Shown: in pieces, positions 13,107 through 14,213 of the stretch | How positions within the stretch are numbered: position 1 is the first letter of the stretch | How the letters are laid out: every line of letters starts with the position of its first letter | Source of the DNA: a virus | Taxonomy: Duplodnaviria; Heunggongvirae; Uroviricota; Caudoviricetes | Strand: one strand, 5' to 3' | IMG/VR virus record: IMGVR_UViG_2698536549_000018 | Length of the DNA stretch: 14,213 nucleotides | Program-made: the position numbers and the translations under genes | Notes under the pieces: generated by a model | The model's input: only the letters and a program-made list of their open reading frames with translations | The model's database searches: none | What the model was told of the DNA's origin: nothing

Positions 13107-13268
13107 CATCAGCGTTTCTACGTTATTAAAACCATCAGATTTTAACATAGCTTCGATTCGCTGATTTAAATTGCCAACTAACTGTTGATACTGAGTAGAT
13201 GGAAGCATGTGTACCAGCTCCTTGAGAACACAATAACATGCACCAAGTTTTAACTCCTGCTCTGACAT
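13074..13268 (-). CDS. Hypothetical small protein (64 aa from the ATG at 13268), convergent with and overlapping the 3' end of the 12747-13106 gene
   Basis: GGAGG 5 nt upstream of the ATG at 13268. Its 3' 33 nt overlap the convergent plus-strand gene. Confidence 0.4.
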   Translation of the reverse strand: MSEQELKLGACYCVLKELVHMLPSTQYQQLVGNLNQRIEAMLKSDGFNNVETLMLKRYLDGLIR

Positions 13269-13619
13269 TTTATCCTCCATTGAGGTTACTGGTTGAGAAT
13301 GGAGACCTCTCGTGACAGCGTGTGGTCGTGCGCCGGACACGGATAAGAATCCGGCACTGACAGTTTACTGAAAGGATATATCCCTGAAAAGTCAGGGCAT
13401 AACACGAAAGCGCACGGCGAGATTCCTTTGCATATAAGGCTTGTCGTTAAATTTCTTCAACCGTGCGTTTCCGGTTGTGGCAATCCGCGAAATAGCGCGG
13501 CGGTAAGTATGGCGGGGTTATTCCTTCCCCCGTTGAGGAGACCGGGTTGTCAGGTTGACCATACGCTTAAGTGACACCCCAGCCACAACAACCTCTGTTA
13601 TCACTTTTCTGGTGATTCG

Positions 13620-13644
13620 GCGGAAATGGATATCCGCTCTTTTT
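13620..13644 (+). terminator. Candidate plus-strand intrinsic terminator (GCGGA-N8-TCCGC followed by TCTTTTT)
   Basis: 5-bp stem at 13620-13624/13633-13637, then T-run at 13640-13644. Short stem, so modest confidence. Confidence 0.35.
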
Positions 13645-13821
13645 AAAGTGAATTTTGTGATGCGGTGAATGCGGCCATGCGCACGCGGAACAGTTAAAAC
13701 AAGCGGTCTTTTACTTGCGTAACAGACATCAACTAACAATCCGGCGTTAATTGTTAACTGGTTAACGTCACCTGGAGGCACCAGGCACGGCATCACAAAA
13801 TTCATTGTTGAGGACGCGATA

Positions 13822-14010
13822 ATGGAAACGTTATTACCAAACGTTAATACGTCTGAAGGTTGTTTTGATATTGGTGTTCTGCTCAGTAACCGGGAGTTTA
13901 CTGAAGATGCCATTAATATGAGGAAATATGAGCCTTATCTGCTCAATGATAATTCCATACTTTCCCGAATTGCTCTTCTTGAACTTGGTATTTTCGGAGA
14001 ACGTCAATGA
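13822..14010 (+). CDS. Hypothetical small protein (62 aa), first of a translationally coupled pair
   Basis: GAGG 7 nt upstream of the ATG; its stop overlaps the next start (ATGA). Confidence 0.5.
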   Translation: METLLPNVNTSEGCFDIGVLLSNREFTEDAINMRKYEPYLLNDNSILSRIALLELGIFGERQ

Positions 14011-14195
14011 CTTCAGCATTTGCACTGATGATGACGGTTTTTCTTATAACGGGTGAATCACAGAATGTGATTACCGGAATTTATGCAAGTAAAGAATCCT
14101 GCCTCCAGGCAAGAGACGAGCAAAAATTTTCTGGTGAATGCCTCCCGCTAAAAAAAGTATCGCTGTACCTGAATAACGAAACACCGGCTGGATAA
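14007..14195 (+). CDS. Hypothetical small protein (62 aa) with N-terminal hydrophobic/signal-like segment, second of the coupled pair
   Basis: GGAGA 6 nt upstream; N-terminal AFALMMTVFLITG segment; ATGA overlap with the preceding gene. Confidence 0.5.
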   Translation: MTSAFALMMTVFLITGESQNVITGIYASKESCLQARDEQKFSGECLPLKKVSLYLNNETPAG

Positions 14196-14213
14196 CCCTC
14201 CAGCCATATTAAC

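Noticed and set aside
13518-14025. 131-aa minus-strand ORF at 13518-13913 and 63-aa minus-strand ORF at 13834-14025
   Set aside because: Arg/Ser/Thr-rich low-complexity translations with no SD, overlapping the better-supported plus-strand coupled pair and the structured noncoding region.
1-14213. CRISPR array, insertion sequence, integrase/attachment site, or phage structural and lysis genes
   Set aside because: No regularly spaced direct repeats with unique spacers, no transposase-like ORF or terminal inverted repeats, and no integrase, holin/endolysin or capsid/tail ORFs. The only repeats are the two ~240-bp elements and short operator/SD motifs.

Overview
This window reads as a segment of a lambdoid (Rac/Qin-like) enterobacterial prophage, with the early-right and late-regulatory operon running right-to-left on the minus strand. 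From right to left: an immunity switch (RacR-like repressor on +, divergent Cro/YdaS-like and YdaT-like genes on -, three 17-bp palindromic operators spaced 26 bp apart with TTGACA promoters, and a second operator/promoter set beyond the repressor); a replication-like gene; a long run of translationally coupled small nin-region genes (DUF4406-like, DUF551-like, zinc-ribbon and small membrane proteins); a hok-type toxin locus; a DUF968-like gene broken by a 50-N assembly gap; RusA; a Q-like antiterminator; a tR'-like terminator; and two phage tRNAs (Arg-UCG, Ile/Met-CAU). Left of the tRNAs lies AT-rich cargo: a lipoprotein whose C-terminus closely resembles TolA domain III, a truncated DNA methyltransferase remnant with an in-frame TAG, and an AraC-family regulator plus a small downstream ORF. 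Two diverged copies of a ~240-bp noncoding element, each ending in a GC hairpin terminator, flank the AraC cassette. No integrase, structural genes, IS elements or CRISPR arrays are seen. All homology calls are from recalled family signatures; no database search was run.
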